In this document: positions 24,321 to 37,234 of the stretch, one piece after another
Layout of the letters: the number at the start of each line of letters is the position of its first letter
How positions within the stretch are numbered: the first letter of the stretch is position 1
Assembly (NCBI GenBank): GCA_030390025.1
Contig: JASTWF010000036.1
Coordinates: forward strand, 930,001-994,000
Direction: 5' to 3'
From: Squalus acanthias
Lineage: Eukaryota
Length of the DNA stretch: 64,000 bases
The notes under the pieces: generated by a model
What the model was told of the DNA's origin: nothing
Databases searched by the model: none
Seen by the model: only the letters and a program-made list of their open reading frames with translations
Program-made: the position numbers and the translations under genes

Positions 24321-25413
24321 CCGCCCACCCCCGCCGCCTCCACATTCCTGCTTACAGACATTTCTGCCACACACACCTCCCACTTTGGCTGTTTCCCATG
24401 ACGGTTTCTTCTCCAGCAAGTATAACTTCTGGCGGCACAAAAAAAAACCCTCCCTTTCAGTGGCGAGCGGCAGCCCTTTAAGAGCCACTGACGGGTCAAT
24501 CTTCGCACCCCCCAGCCCGTCCTGCTGCTGACGAGCAGGCTGGGCTTCCTGCACTCATTTTTCCACGTGCTGGGAGCCCACTAATTGAGCAGGCACCAGC
24601 CTTCATCATTAGCTGCGCAGCTACAGGTCAGCGCAGCCAGAACTTTGCTGACATCTCGAAATTGGGGCCAATCCGTCTCATTCTTTTTTCCTTTTACTGG
24701 ATTCCATGTTGCTTATTGCATCGCTTGTGTTTTGTTTTTTGTGCGTTTTCCCTTGAAAACTAAAACCAATCACCTTGGTGGTGGTCACGATGTAGGGCAT
24801 TATCAGGTATTGGTTTTGTGAAGTAAGTCTTTGTGGGATATTGAGTTTATTGGGCAACATCTTAATGCGATATTGGCTTATTTTGGACGGTGGGTTATAC
24901 AGAAATCCCCTCTCCTCCGTAGACTGAAGATTATCTGATTTATATTGATTGTTTTGAGACTTGTAAGGCTTGTAAGAAAACACACAAATCTGCAGCATAT
25001 GCAGTACAACATGAAATCAATAGAACTCATCTTAACGGAGATCGCTTTTTTTTGTGTGTGTGATGTGTTATTCATTTATAACTCTGTGTACCTCAGGCTG
25101 CTCAGCCCACCCCCCTCACCCAGCTGATGAAAGGCGTTCAAAGCTTCTTTAAGTAGCAATTTAATCAAAGCTCTCTGCAAAGTTTCAGCTCCTCCACCAC
25201 AAAAAGACAAGCCGGCTTCTGAAGATTGTGCTGCAATGCGACTTATCGGCTGTGTTAGCTGGGGAGGGGCGGGGAGCTGCGTCCCACTGGAGTGAAGCCC
25301 TCAGGCTTCCCTTTCACTGCCACCCTTTCTTTTCAGTTTCCCTCCCTCTTCCTCCTGAAGGCATTGACTTTCTCTGGCTCCACACATGTTGGCAGGCCTC
25401 TGGTACCCCAGCA

Positions 25414-25610
25414 GGACCCTGATTTCCATCTTAAAAGTGGCCGCCTGTCGGAAGCAGGCGGGCGACTCCGCCCACCCATCTATAGGCCCCTAGCAAGACG
25501 GCAGGGGCTGGAGAGCTAGTGTAAACATGGGAAGTAAATGACCGGATGCCACTGCTGAATCGGCCCCCGTTTCAGGCGGGAGGTCACTTTTCAAACGTAA
25601 ATTGGGGCCC
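25414..25610. mobile_element. Short GC-rich TIR MITE
   Basis: GGACCCTGATTT ... AAATTGGGGCCC. Confidence 0.6.
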
Positions 25611-25631
25611 TATGGCCAACCCAAAAACCTC

Positions 25632-26480
25632 GGGGGTGATTTTATCAATGGGGACGTGATGGAGGCGGGACTGCTGCGTGTCGGGTTTTAGTCCCGCCTC
25701 CATTGACGTCCGGCCAACCCACGCTATTTTCCCTTGACTGACCTTGTTAAGCCCGCCCAGCGGGCTTTGCAGGCCAATTAATTAAGGGAAAGCCGGTGAC
25801 AGAGAACGTCAGCGTATGACGTTTCATCTGTCAAAAAGTTTTGACAGATGAATTGTCATCGTTTGACAGCTCTGTGAAGCTGTCAAACACTGACAATCTG
25901 TCTTCTAAGTTGAGTCCTTTACTCAAGACTCACTTAGAAAGCCTTCCTGAGCAGAAAGCAGAAGGCTGCAGCTTTTGACAGTTCAGCGGCCATTCTGCTT
26001 TCTGTGCCGGTGAGCTGAGGCAGCTCCGCAGCCTAAAGGGATGAAGCCTGGAGGAAGAAGCAAAGGTAAGTAATCTTATTAAAACATTTTACACTCACCT
26101 CACACACTTACCTCTCCACACTTGCACTCATCACTCACCTGCACAGCGGACATTCCAACCCCTCCGACCCCCGCAGACCCACGGCTCGCCTCACTGACCC
26201 TGGCGAGGTTCGGAGCCGTCGGGAAGCCCACACTTTAGGGCTCAAAATAGGGATTAGCCAAAAAACTGCCTGTTAACTACCTGTTAACAGGCAGTTAATT
26301 GGCACTAATCCTCTTCCTGCCTCAGGGAGACGGGATCCGGTGCGGGTCGGGTACCTGCCTCCTGGGAAGATGGCATGGAGGCGGGTTGGGGGTGGGATGG
26401 GTACCCGCTCCCAGATTCTGCCATTTTCCCGGCAGTCCCGCCTCCAAACCCGCCTCCCCAGGGCTGGGAAAATCGCCCCC
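25632..26480 (-). mobile_element. TIR MITE family D, full length
   Basis: GGGGGTGATTTT ... AAAATCGCCCCC; homologous to 19649-20288. Confidence 0.88.
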
Positions 26481-26737
26481 TACTTCTCTGAACTATAGTT
26501 GCCCCATGCACTTAATCTGGGAGATTGGTGGAAGCTGCCGGGAGATAATCCCAACAGTAGGATGTAGTAAAGGAGATTAGTCAGATCCTCTGAATTGAAA
26601 TCTGTCTTCCACCCTATCCCCTTCCCAAGCACATGGGGGCTGATTTCAACTGCGACCAGCGAGTGTAAACAGGGTGGTGGAGCTTTAAAATGGCATCGGG
26701 TCACTAACTGCCCTGTTTACACTGTTTCTCCAGCCAG

Positions 26738-27135
26738 CCCCACCTTAAACATTCACTCCACCACCGGCGCACCGTGGCTGCAGTGTGTACCATCTCCAAG
26801 ATGCACTGCAGCAACTCGCCAAGGCTTCTTCGGCAGCACCTCCCAAACCCGCGACCTCTTCCACCTAGAAGGACAAGGGCAGCAGGTGCATGGGAACACC
26901 ACCACCTCCAAGTTCCCCTCCAAGTCACACACCACCCTGACTTGGAAGTATATCGCCGATCCTTCATCGTCGCTGGGTTAAAATCCTGGAACTCCCTCCC
27001 GAACAGCACTGTGGGAGTACCTTCACCGCACGGACTGCAGCGGTTGAAGAAGGCGGCTCACCACCACCTTCTCAAGGGCAACTAGGGATGGGCAATAAAT
27101 GCTGGCCTTGCCAGTGACGCCCACATCCCATAAAC
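26738..27135 (+). mobile_element. Zenon-like LINE 3' end
   Basis: Same sequence family as 18695-19350. Confidence 0.87.
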
Positions 27136-27139
27136 TAAT

Positions 27140-27345
27140 TTACGAAACCATAGAATTACATAGAATTTACAGCACAGAAACAGGCCATTCGGCCCAACTG
27201 GTCCATGCCGGTGTTTATGCTCCACACCCTCCCACCCCTCTTCATCTCACCCTATCAGCATACCCTTCTATTCCTTTCTCCCTCATGTGCTTATCTAGAT
27301 TCTCCTTAAATGCATCTATGCGATTCGCCTCAACTACTCCTGGTA
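27140..27345 (-). mobile_element. CR1 3' tip
   Basis: Matches 45850-46010 and 51283-51670. Confidence 0.85.
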
Positions 27346-27718
27346 GGGACCTTTAGCTGAGTGGGCAGAGAGCATAACTGTTTTGAGGAACTGGGCGACC
27401 TAAAACCTGTTCCACTTTCTATTTCTGTGGGGCCAGGAAGAGCAGGAACGTGCCTCTTGGCCCCACTAAAATACTCCGGCCTGCTGCTGGCCCATGCACG
27501 AGCCCCTCCGGGATCGCCTCCTTCCTGAGGTACTGATTGTCAGCCAGCTCTGTGCCCTCCCCAAGCTGCATCGGGTTTGGCGCATGCAGCTCGCCAAATC
27601 GATGCAAGTGAGGCCTGGGCCTCAAAATGGCTCAGGCCTCAAGCCAGCAACAGTGGGTGCGTGGCGGGGCTCCTCCCGCTGACCGCCTATTTTGCGCCAG
27701 AAGTTAAAATTGGCCCCG
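27346..27718. mobile_element. Partial GC-rich MITE
   Basis: Ends TTAAAATTGGCCCC (TIR-like); left end lost at the CR1 junction. Confidence 0.55.
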
Positions 27719-28607
27719 TGGTCTGTTCTCCAACCCTGAAATGCACCACCTTTGACCTCTCTGATCGCTCTCTCGCTCGCTCCCTCTTTCCTATCATTGT
27801 TTTTTCCTTGCTGGAATGCACTTTGTTCCTGGTGGCCTCTTCTAGAAGAAGCCTTCCCCAGTGAAGCTGGTTGTCGTGTGTTTGGGTGGCCGGTCAGGAT
27901 AATCTGAGCTCTCACATCCCTGGCATTTCCTAGATGTTAGTGCGTGGCTAATGCTGTTCATCCTCATTCAAGCGTATTTTTCAAAAAGAGACTGCAATAA
28001 ACCTTTTCATCCCTCAAAAAGTAGCAATAAACGTTGGCGCTGTCACAAGGTGAGTCCTCGTTTCCATTTCCCAACAGTGTTGCCTCTCACTTCAACATGA
28101 ACCCCAAAAGATATTAAACTGTATCACGTACTGACATAACCTGCCCTGTCAGTGAGATCCTGCCCTCCACATACGACGCCCAGTCAGATGACCATTGGTT
28201 GGCCAGATTTTCTCAGCCTTGTACCAGTCTGTGGTGTTCCAGGGTATAAATCTGCCTCTTGTGCAGACAACAATCTCTGTATGAAAGCGATCGAGATATT
28301 TTAGTCTTGCACTGCTCTCACTATCGGGCTTTGTTCGCATCTGTTCATCTTCAATGGGTTAACACCTCCATTAAAATAGTGTCCAAATGTGTGTCTGCAC
28401 ACGAATGTTGGTGTCATTTCAAGTTGACTACATTTTCCTAACTCTTCGTTCCTTTAATTTAAAAAAATACTGGACAGAATTTTGAGGTACTTGGATGTTC
28501 TGAACTGAATTCCTGATCTTATCCAAGGATCTATGGCTGATGTAGGGAGAGATTTCTAAAGAAGCTTCCTTTCACCTCTATCCTTGGTTTGTAGTCAAAA
28601 AGGTTAT

Positions 28608-29357
28608 GGGGGAGAAATTCATTATCGCCCCGGTTGGGGGCGGTAGCTTTTGAAAGCTGGGAAACTTAGCGCCAGGCGCTACTGATTCCCAGCTTTCACG
28701 AGATTGGGTTTAGCGTTCCAGGAAGGAAGTGGAACGCAAATCAAGCGCTCCACTTCCTTTCTGGAGCGCTAAAGGACGCAGGCGGGGCGGCAGAGGTGTA
28801 GCGTTGCACAATGTCCCGCGCCGCGCAGCCGCGATCTGAGCCGCCTGCCCTCCCTTAAAGGGAATGACCATCGCTGCAGGCTCTGCATTGGGACCAGTTA
28901 GCTGGTCTCCGACGGCAACCGCGATCCGGCCCGATCCGCCCCACACACTCCCGCAGAGCGCCGGGCTGATCGATCGCGGCCCAGGAGAATTGAAAAAAAT
29001 TGCAAAAACAAATGTCATAAATTTTGCTACTTACCTCGGCAACCTCCCTTTTAACTTCCGGCGCCCGGCCTCCCGAACAAGGCCTCCTGCAGCTGTCAGT
29101 GTCGTCGCCCGGCGATGCTGCAGGGGGCGGAACCAAAGTTCGGGTCCGGGGCGCTACCAGGGCGATGCGCACGCCGATGACGTCACGATCTCCGGGCGCA
29201 GGAGACCGTGGCGCAAAGTGTTACCGCCGCCGCAAACCTCCCAGCCAAGTTAGCGGGAGTCGGTCATGTCGCCGCGCCCGGGCGGTAAGTCGTTAGCGCC
29301 CCATTATCGCCCCCGGGGGTGCTAACGGGAGGCGCTAACCCACCGAATTTCTCCCCC
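28608..29357. mobile_element. TIR MITE family B, CpG-rich
   Basis: Perfect TIR GGGGGAGAAATTC / GAATTTCTCCCCC; homolog at 36481. Confidence 0.9.
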
Positions 29358-30104
29358 ATCGGGTTTAAATCCAGCCCAAACTGTTAAAATCAGTCCATTC
29401 GTGGAGAGAGGTAGATAACAGGCAGGGACCGTGTGCAGGTTATAATAGAACCTACCCTCGTGATCAGGGTCTCTGCTTTAACACTGTCTAATGCACCCTC
29501 ACCCTTGTTATAAGGGCTCTATTCCAAAACAAACTCCGTTAGACACCCAACCTCATTATCTGTGCCTCCATTTAATATTAATCCGGTATAAACCCACACT
29601 TTAATTGACAAGCTTTCAGTCCCAAAGCAGTCCCATGTTATAAAGCTACTGGACTTTGGTTTGCAGGGTTCGAAATTAACAGCAGTAAAATCCTGTCAAC
29701 CTTTCATTTTCGCTGCTTGGCACCGTTGGCTATTGCAGCTAAAGCTGGCCACGGGTGGGATTTCTCTCCTGCCTCAACTGTCGTATTTTGAGGAGCGTTT
29801 GATTACCTCTGGTAATTGGTGAAGACAACCATCAGGAATGAGGTACCAGCCGAGGGAAAAAGTAACCAGGGCAAATATTTATCACCTAACTCGCAACGTA
29901 AGGAGTTATCGTCACCATTTCTGTTCCAATCCAGTGACTCTGCACATGGCCCTGCTCCTTATTTACCTTCCTCCAGGAGCCGTACTGAATTTAACAGCCT
30001 CACCAGGACAAGTGGACCTGGGCTGGATTTAAAACCGTGTTGGCTACAAGCCGAAGATAGAGGGGCAAAGGAGGTGCTTGGGTTCTTTGCAAACCTCTCC
30101 TTAG

Positions 30105-31346
30105 ATCATAGAATCATAGAAAGTTACTGCACAGAAGGAGGCCATTCGGCCCATCGTGTCCGCGCCGGCCAACAAAGAGCTATCCAGCCTAATCCCACTT
30201 TCCAGCTCTTGGTCCGTAGCCCTGTAGGTTACAGCACTTCAAGAGCATATCCAAGTACTTTTTAAATATGATGAGGGTCTCTGCCTCGACCACCCTTTCA
30301 GGCAGTGAGTTCCAGACCCCCACCACTCTCTGGGTGAAAAAAGTTCTCCTCAAATCCCGTCTAAACCTCTGACCAAATTACTTTAAATCTGTGCCCCCTG
30401 GTTATTGATCTCTCTACTAAGGGAAATAGGTCCTTCCTATCCACTCTATCGAGGCCCCTCAGAATTTTATACACCTCAATTAGGTCTCCCCTCAGCCTCC
30501 TCTGTTCCAAAGAAAACAACCCCAGCCTATCCAATCTTTCCTCATAGCTAAAATTCCCCAGTCCAGGCAACATCCTCGTAAATCTCCTCTACACCCCCTG
30601 TAGTGCACTCACATCCTTCCTGTAATGTGGTGACCAGAACTGCACGCAGTATTCTAGCTGCGGCCTAACTAGTGTTTTATACATTTCAAGCATAACCTCC
30701 CTGCTCTTATATTCTATGCCTCGGCTAATAAAAGCAAGTATCCCGTATGCCTTCTTAACCACCTTATCTACCTGGCCTGCTACCTTCAGGGATCTGTGGA
30801 CAGGCACTCCAAGGTCCCTCTGATCTTCTGCACTTCTCAGTGTCCTACCATTTATTGTGTATTCCCTTGCCTTGTTGGCCCTCCCCAAATGCATTACCTC
30901 ACACTTCACCAGATTGAATTCCATTTGCCACTGTTCTGCCCACCTGACCAGTCCATTGATATCTTCCTGCAGTCTGCAGCTTTCTTCTTCATTAACAACC
31001 ACACGGCCAATTTTTGTATCATCTGCAAACTTCTTAATCATACTTCCTGCATTCAAATCCAAATCATTGATATATACCACAAAAAGCGAAGGACCCAGTA
31101 CTGAGCCCTGCGGAACCCCACTGGAAACAGCCTTCCAGTCACAAAAACACCCCTCGACCATTACCCTTTGTTTCCTGACTCTGAGCCAATTTTGGATCCA
31201 ACTTGCCACTTTGCCTTGGATCCCATGGGCTTTTACTTTCGTGACCAGTCTGCCATGTGGAACCTTGTCAAAAGCCTTGCTAAAATCCACATAGACTACA
31301 TCAAACGCACTACCCTCATCTACCCTCCTCAAAAAATTCAATCAAG
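30105..31346 (-). mobile_element. CR1 (HER1-like) 5'-truncated, frameshifted RT
   Basis: YVDFSKAFDKVPH, GVPQGSVLGP, KFADD; (TTCTATGA)n tail. Confidence 0.95.
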
Positions 31347-31538
31347 ATATGGACTTGAAATTCAAGCACCTCAATTGTAACTAGTTTTTCGAAAAAAGTG
31401 ACAATTAGGAAACCGCATTTGCCGTGAAATCACACTGCGACATTAGCGTACACATTTGTCCACTATTTTAATGGCTGGGTTGATCCATTTCAATAGCAAA
31501 GACAATTCTTGTGAGGAGGTTAAGCATTCGGACACTTA

Positions 31539-32133
31539 GGCCTTGATTTTAACTCCCACTGCCTGGCGGAAACCAGGTTGGGGGGTGCAGGCGGGTGCAG
31601 TTAAAATGGAGCTGGTGACTTACCCACTCCTTTCCCGCCACAATCTGACTGACTGCAGGCAGCAAGGACACCCGCCCCACTCCTGTGGGGTCCTCTTTAA
31701 ATATGCAGGTCGGGCTCTGCTGGTGTCTACGCTTTATGCCGGAGGCAAGAGCCAGAAAAGGCCCAGAAAGGTCAGGAAAAAAATGAATAAAAACTGTTTC
31801 CTTGTGGGGCCAGGAGGAGCACGAGTGTCTCTCCAGGCATTACAAGAAAACCGTGGGGCTCCCTTGCCCCGGGCTTCCCCCCGCCGCCCCCCACACTTTA
31901 TAAACTGGCAGTCCCACAGTCTCCTGCCATCCGAATCCCCGAATCCCCACTCCCATTCACCGGCCAGGCAGAGGTTCTTGCCGGGTTCGGGCGAGCGTCC
32001 GATCTTCAATATGCAAATGAGGCCCAGGAGCTCAAATGTTACCTGGCCTTGGCATGGGAGTTTGCCACCCGCCCTGTCACCCTCCCCTCCCCCATCACCC
32101 ACCGATCCCGGCCTCAGTTTTAAAATCGAGGCT
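31539..32133. mobile_element. TIR MITE family C
   Basis: GGCCTTGATTTTAA ... TTAAAATCGAGGCT. Confidence 0.82.
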
Positions 32134-32544
32134 GAAGTGTTATTTCTAGGCTATTCCCAAAGTGCTGCCGTAATGTGCACTGTGCTTTTGCAGGGCCCAT
32201 ACAAAGCCAAGTCGATCTCTGCTAATTCCTTTTGGCAGCAAATTCCAAATGCTTTCTTTAACACAAGATTCAGATTGACAATACTTGAGGTCTGCAGGAA
32301 CCGAGTAATTTCTTTTTTCTTTCACACAATGCTTTGACCTCATTCACTATTTTCAGAACCCCTTACAGCCAAATGGGCAAAATACAGAGGAGTGTCATGA
32401 CTATCTATCTGTTTTATAAACTGACAGGAAACCCCCACCAGAGCCTAGAAATGACCGCTTGCAATATTAGCAAATGGATTCTTAGCGCTTCCGCACGTTC
32501 CCCCCTGTTGTTTAACGGAAATGTTAACCCATGTTAACCCAAAG

Positions 32545-32700
32545 CGGAATTGGATATATACTTGAAAAGGAAAGATTTGCAAAGCTATGGGGAAAAGGCA
32601 GGGGGGAGTGCGACTAATTGGAGAGCTCTTTCAAAGAGCTGGCACAGGCACGATGGGCCGAATGGCCTCCTTCTGTGCAATACGATTCTACAATGCTATC
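32545..32700 (+). mobile_element. CR1 3' tip
   Basis: LDIYLKRKDLQSYGEKAG then GATGGGCCGAATGGCCTCCTTCTGTGC. Confidence 0.82.
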
Positions 32701-32988
32701 TGTTAATGCCGTGGTTAAAATGGCAGATAGAGCAATGTTGGGCAAACATGTTACGTGTCGTCCACTAATATCACCAACAGTCTTGTAAAACAGCCGTGAT
32801 CTGCTGTAAAAAGCCCATAGAGAGCGACCATGCTGAATGTGCTATCTACCCCCTTACTGTCAAATATCTGTCACCATCTCGGTTTTAACATGCACTCTTA
32901 ACGGCTCCCTCAGTAACAAAGAACGATACAAGATAACTCCCTCTGATGTAACCCCTTCACTGCAATAAACCAGGACCTCTGACATGTA

Positions 32989-33413
32989 GGCCCCGATTTT
33001 AACTCCCGCCACCTGGCGGAAACTGGGCGAGGGGGGGCAGTTAAAATGAAGGGAACAATTTACCCCCTCTGATCCTACTGCTCCTCCAGGCTTCACAAGG
33101 AAGCCTTGGGCCTCCCTTGTCCCGGAATCCCCCTCCCTCCCCCGATTGCCTGCGCCCCCGCCCTACCTTACCACTTACCCGACTGCCGGGACTCGATCGG
33201 CTCCACAGTTAAGGCCTCCTGCCTGTGATCATCCCCTCCCGCCCGCACGCGGTTCAAGTGGGACTCCGATGTAAGCTATGGTAATTAGGCCCGGCTGTTA
33301 AGATCAAAAATTAGGCCCAGCCAGGCCTCCGTGTCCCCAGACTCCCCGGTGTACGCCGCCCACTTCAGGGCTCCCGTGCACCGTGCCTGCCCCCCCCCTT
33401 TAAAATTGGGACC
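32989..33413. mobile_element. TIR MITE family C
   Basis: GGCCCCGATTTTAA ... TTAAAATTGGGACC; GTA TSD. Confidence 0.85.
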
Positions 33414-33798
33414 GTACTGTTTACAACTCTGTCAGTCAGGGATAAACCAACCTTCCCAGAGTCCTCCCCTCCCCCTCATTGTTTGTGCTATGTAAAGCTC
33501 CTGAGACCTACTCAGCTAAATTTAATAAAGTCAACCTAAAAATAAGATTATCGGCGAAGGAATGATGCCATTTTAAAATTTTAATAACATAAATTGAGAT
33601 CTAGACGGGTTTAATTGTTTATTGATCAAATAATCTAAAAGCGTGACTGTAATGCAACAATGGACGATCGAAGATGGTTGTTAAAAGAATCCCTGATCTC
33701 CAGCAGGACTGGGGAGTGCAGAGAGCTTAGCGTTTTGAAATTGCAAAGCGTCAGCGGCGACGCAGGCAAGAATAGGTCAGCGTTTTAATTCAGTTAGC

Positions 33799-34270
33799 GT
33801 CAGCCGTGGCTCAGTGGGCAGCACTCTCACCTCGGAGTCAGAAGGTTGTGGGTTCAAGTCCCACTCCAGAGACTTGAGCACAAAAATCTAGGCTGACACT
33901 TCAGTGCAATACTGAGGGAGTGCCGCACTGTCGGAGGTGCCATCTTTCAGTATGAGATGTTAAACCAAGGCCCCGTCTGCTCTCTCAGGTGGACGTAAAA
34001 GATCCTGCAGCACTATTTCGAAGAAGAGCAGACGAGTTCTCCCCGGTGTCCTGGGCCAATATTTATCCCTCAATCAACATCACTAAAAACAGATGATCTG
34101 GTCATTATCACAGTGCTGTTTGTGGGAGCTTGCTGTGTGCAAATTGGCTGCCGTGTTTCCTACATATTACAACAGTGACCACACTTCAAGTAGTACTTCA
34201 GTGGTTGTAACGCGCTTTGGAACATCCGGTGGTCGTGAAAGGCGCTAAAGAAATGCAAATCTTTCTTTTT
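33799..34270 (+). mobile_element. SacSINE1-like SINE, full length
   Basis: A box TGGCTCAGTGG, B box GGTTCAAGTCC, central domain, L2-type tail. Confidence 0.92.
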
Positions 34271-34715
34271 TTCAGTAGGAACCACAATGGGCTGGCAAGG
34301 AAGTGGGATACCGGGAGACTGCAGTGCTGGCCAGCGTCAGCCTTCTTGCGAAGAAGTTCTGATAATGACCTGTCAGGGTGCTCTGTCCGTGGTACTCACC
34401 TGGTCCTGTAAATACGTGACTGATGGACTGGCCTGCTGAAATTAGATCCGTCATTTCAACAGTTGTGTGTTTTTCTCTCGAAGAAGTATTGATATTTTGT
34501 TGCATTTATGTCCCTGCATTCGTTTCTTTTGCTGTGGAAGGCACTCCTTTTGCATTTTAATTTTGTTTGTTTACCATATTTTTCGTACAGTATGTACAAA
34601 AGAAACTGGCAGTGCTGAGGGTTCCAATTTCTTTGGGGGTCCTCATTGAGCTCCATGGAGGAAACTGAGATCATGAGAGGACACTAAGTGCAGGTGCAAT
34701 AACACTTAAAGAAGT

Positions 34716-35073
34716 AAGAAAGAAAGAAAGACTTGCATTTCTATAGCGCCTTTCATGACCACCGGACATCCCAAAGTACTTTACAGCCAATGAAGTACTT
34801 TTTGAAGTGTGGTCACTGTTGTAATGTAGGAAACAGCAGCCAATTTGCGCACAGCAAGCTCCCACAAACAGCAATGTGATAATGACCAGATAATCTGTTT
34901 TAGTGATATTGGTTGAGGATAAATATTGACCCAGGACACCGGGGAGAGCTCCCCTGCTCTTCTTCCAATACTGCCGTGGGATCTTTTACATCCACCTGAG
35001 AGGGCAGACGGGGCCTCGGTTTGATGTCTCATCCAAAAGACTGCACCTCCGACAGTGCAGAGCTCCCTCAGCA
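34716..35073 (-). mobile_element. SacSINE1-like SINE lacking the head
   Basis: Homology to the other copies. Confidence 0.9.
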
Positions 35074-35080
35074 CACCCTA

Positions 35081-35990
35081 GCAGTTACAGATCCCAATTC
35101 CCCTACCTGAGAACGTCAGAGGAGATGTCACGGCTTCTGCTTTGCAAGAGAGGTGGTCACTGAGCTCTGCCATCTGCTGCAGGCTGACCTGCAGACAACT
35201 TCTACAACAGCAATGGCTCTTTCCATAAGCCGTGAAGATTACGACAGCATGATGCATTTATGGCGCTAGATCCTGCCAAGCCTCCATAGAGGACGGCCGC
35301 CAGATCAGCTGGTATGCAGTTCATAGACGTTATCAAGCAAGTGACAAACATTTACTAGGGGCAACACTTTCTTCATTTTCCCTGTGTAAAAGAGGTACAG
35401 TAATCCCTCCCCAACCGTGGGGATATGTCCCTGAAAACCCCCGTGGTTAGTAAAACCGCAGTTGGCAAATACAGTATAAATGTTCAAATAACACATTAAA
35501 AAAGAATATAAAAGCAATAAAATCATGTTATTTACCTTAATCCTAAATTAAAAACCGCGTATACGCAAAATTCACTGCCGCGGTTGGCAAAAGTTGTCGC
35601 GGAGAGGGAACCGTGGATACTTGAAATCCGCGTATGGTAAAACCGCGGTTGGGGCGGGATTCCTGCATTAGTAAGACAGAGCACAGAAGTTTCACTGCAT
35701 TTCCAAAAGGTACCTAGCATGGTAGATGGAACCCACGTGGCCAGAGTTCCTCATATCAACCCGAACGTCTACATGAACAAAAAGGACTTCTATTCGATGA
35801 ATGTGCAGGTGGGATCTGACCATAGAAACATCATGATGCAAAGCAGTGCCCATTATCCAGGAAGCATCCATGATGCCTTCATTATGCACCAGTCAACAGT
35901 GCCTGCATTATTTGAAGGATCACATAGATTGGGCGGATGGCTGCTGAGCGGAAAGGGCTACCCTTTGCAGCTATTTAGGACCTGACTGAG
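35081..35990 (+). pseudogene. Decayed PIF/Harbinger (HARBI1-like, DDE_Tnp_4) transposase
   Basis: REVVTELCHLLQADLQ (N-terminal part); VDGTHV...YMNKKDFYSMNVQ...YPGSIHDAFI...GWLLSGKGYPL (catalytic motifs, second Asp of GDxGY lost). Confidence 0.9.
35398..35665. mobile_element. Tc1/mariner (Tigger/pogo-like) MITE nested in the Harbinger transposase
   Basis: TIR CAGTAATCCCTCCCCAACCGTGG / CCGCGGTTGGGGCGGGATTCCTG; TA on the left, CA on the right. Confidence 0.8.
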
Positions 35991-36480
35991 AAACCCCTGA
36001 ACTGCTGGCTTCAACCAGAATTAAATGTGGAGCACACCACACTCAAGTAAAGCCCAGGAAAGATGTCCAAAATACTGCTGGCCAGTGAGGGCCTCAAGGG
36101 TTGGAGGTGGGCTTGTACCTCTGGGTGCAGGTCACAATATGGTCCTGCGGAAACTGGAGCCGTGTCCATTAAGGAAATGGCTGCCAGCACCTGTCCACTA
36201 ACTGGTACTTCTTCAATCCTTCAGTGGGCTGGCTAGTTGAATGGATGTGTGCTTGCCCGAAGAGGAAGCAGCTTCATGTGCCCTCCTGCCATGTCCCAGA
36301 TGTTGGGCACCCCTGTTGGATGATCAGGACAATAGAGGGTGGCACTTACTTCCTACTACTTGTTGACGTACATAGTGGCGAATAAGTCCAAGTCTGATCT
36401 CTCACTAATTATCTTCCAATTCAAAGCAAGCTGGAGCAACTAAACTGCAAATGACCAGCAGTGATGCAGTTAGAAACTAG

Positions 36481-37024
36481 GGGGGAGAAATTCCGCTCGA
36501 GGGCCATTTGGGGCGCTAAGTCAAAAATGTTTGAAAAGTTAGCGCCAGGCGCTATCCTTTTCAAACATTTGAGAAATTCCCATTTTTTGCTCCAAGAGAG
36601 AAGCGGAGCGCTAAATCAAGCCGAGTGCCGGGCTGACCGATCGCGGCACTCAGCCCGCGTCCAGTGCTCAGAAATGTTTCTTTTTAAATCGGCGATTTCT
36701 TTCATGCTGGCCGGCCACCGCGCCTTTAAACGGCGCCCCGCGAGCGGCCGGCCGCACTGCTCGCGACCCCTGCAGCAGTTGGTAACATCGCCCGGCGCTG
36801 CTGCAGGGAGCGAGGGCGCAGTTTTCTCCCGGGGCGCTGCGCCCAGAGATGACGTCATGATCTCTGGGCGCAGAAGATCGGGGTGATACCCGGTAGGGCC
36901 GCCGCTAACCTCCCCCGGAATTTCGCGGGAGGCGCGGTTATCGCCTCGGGGGCGGGGGCGTAAAGCCATTTGCGCCCCGTTAACGCCTCCCACCGGAGGC
37001 GTTAACGAGGGGAATTTCACCCCC
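36481..37024. mobile_element. TIR MITE family B
   Basis: GGGGGAGAAATTCC / GGAATTTCACCCCC; internal homology to 28608. Confidence 0.88.
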
Positions 37025-37234
37025 CGGGAGTCTTGACAGAATGCTACTGGTTAGCAGTCCCTCTTGGGTGTTACTTCTGTTTGTTACAACAAGGCACAAT
37101 TAAGATCAGTCAATACACTTCGCGTTCTCTTTATTTAACTGTGTGTACGTTAAATCAGCTCATACCACGTATAGCCAGTGAACATATAACAAGATCCCTG
37201 GTTACTATTTCCAGCAATGTTATAGGTCATTCTA

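Noticed and set aside
27933..28056. Possible coding exons (also the donor at ~45570)
   Set aside because: Short open frames with weak or absent acceptors and no recognisable protein
28710..29296. Overlapping ORFs / host CpG-island promoter
   Set aside because: Entirely inside a TIR-bounded MITE; high GC explains the lack of stop codons
31543..32337. 264-aa ORF
   Set aside because: Lies over a GC-rich MITE plus flank; non-ATG start and no recognisable domain
33799..33870. tRNA genes (also 55715-55790 and other SINE heads)
   Set aside because: tRNA-like A/B boxes run straight into SINE bodies
35719..35985. Host HARBI1 gene
   Set aside because: Frameshifts, a nested MITE and a lost catalytic Asp indicate a dead transposon
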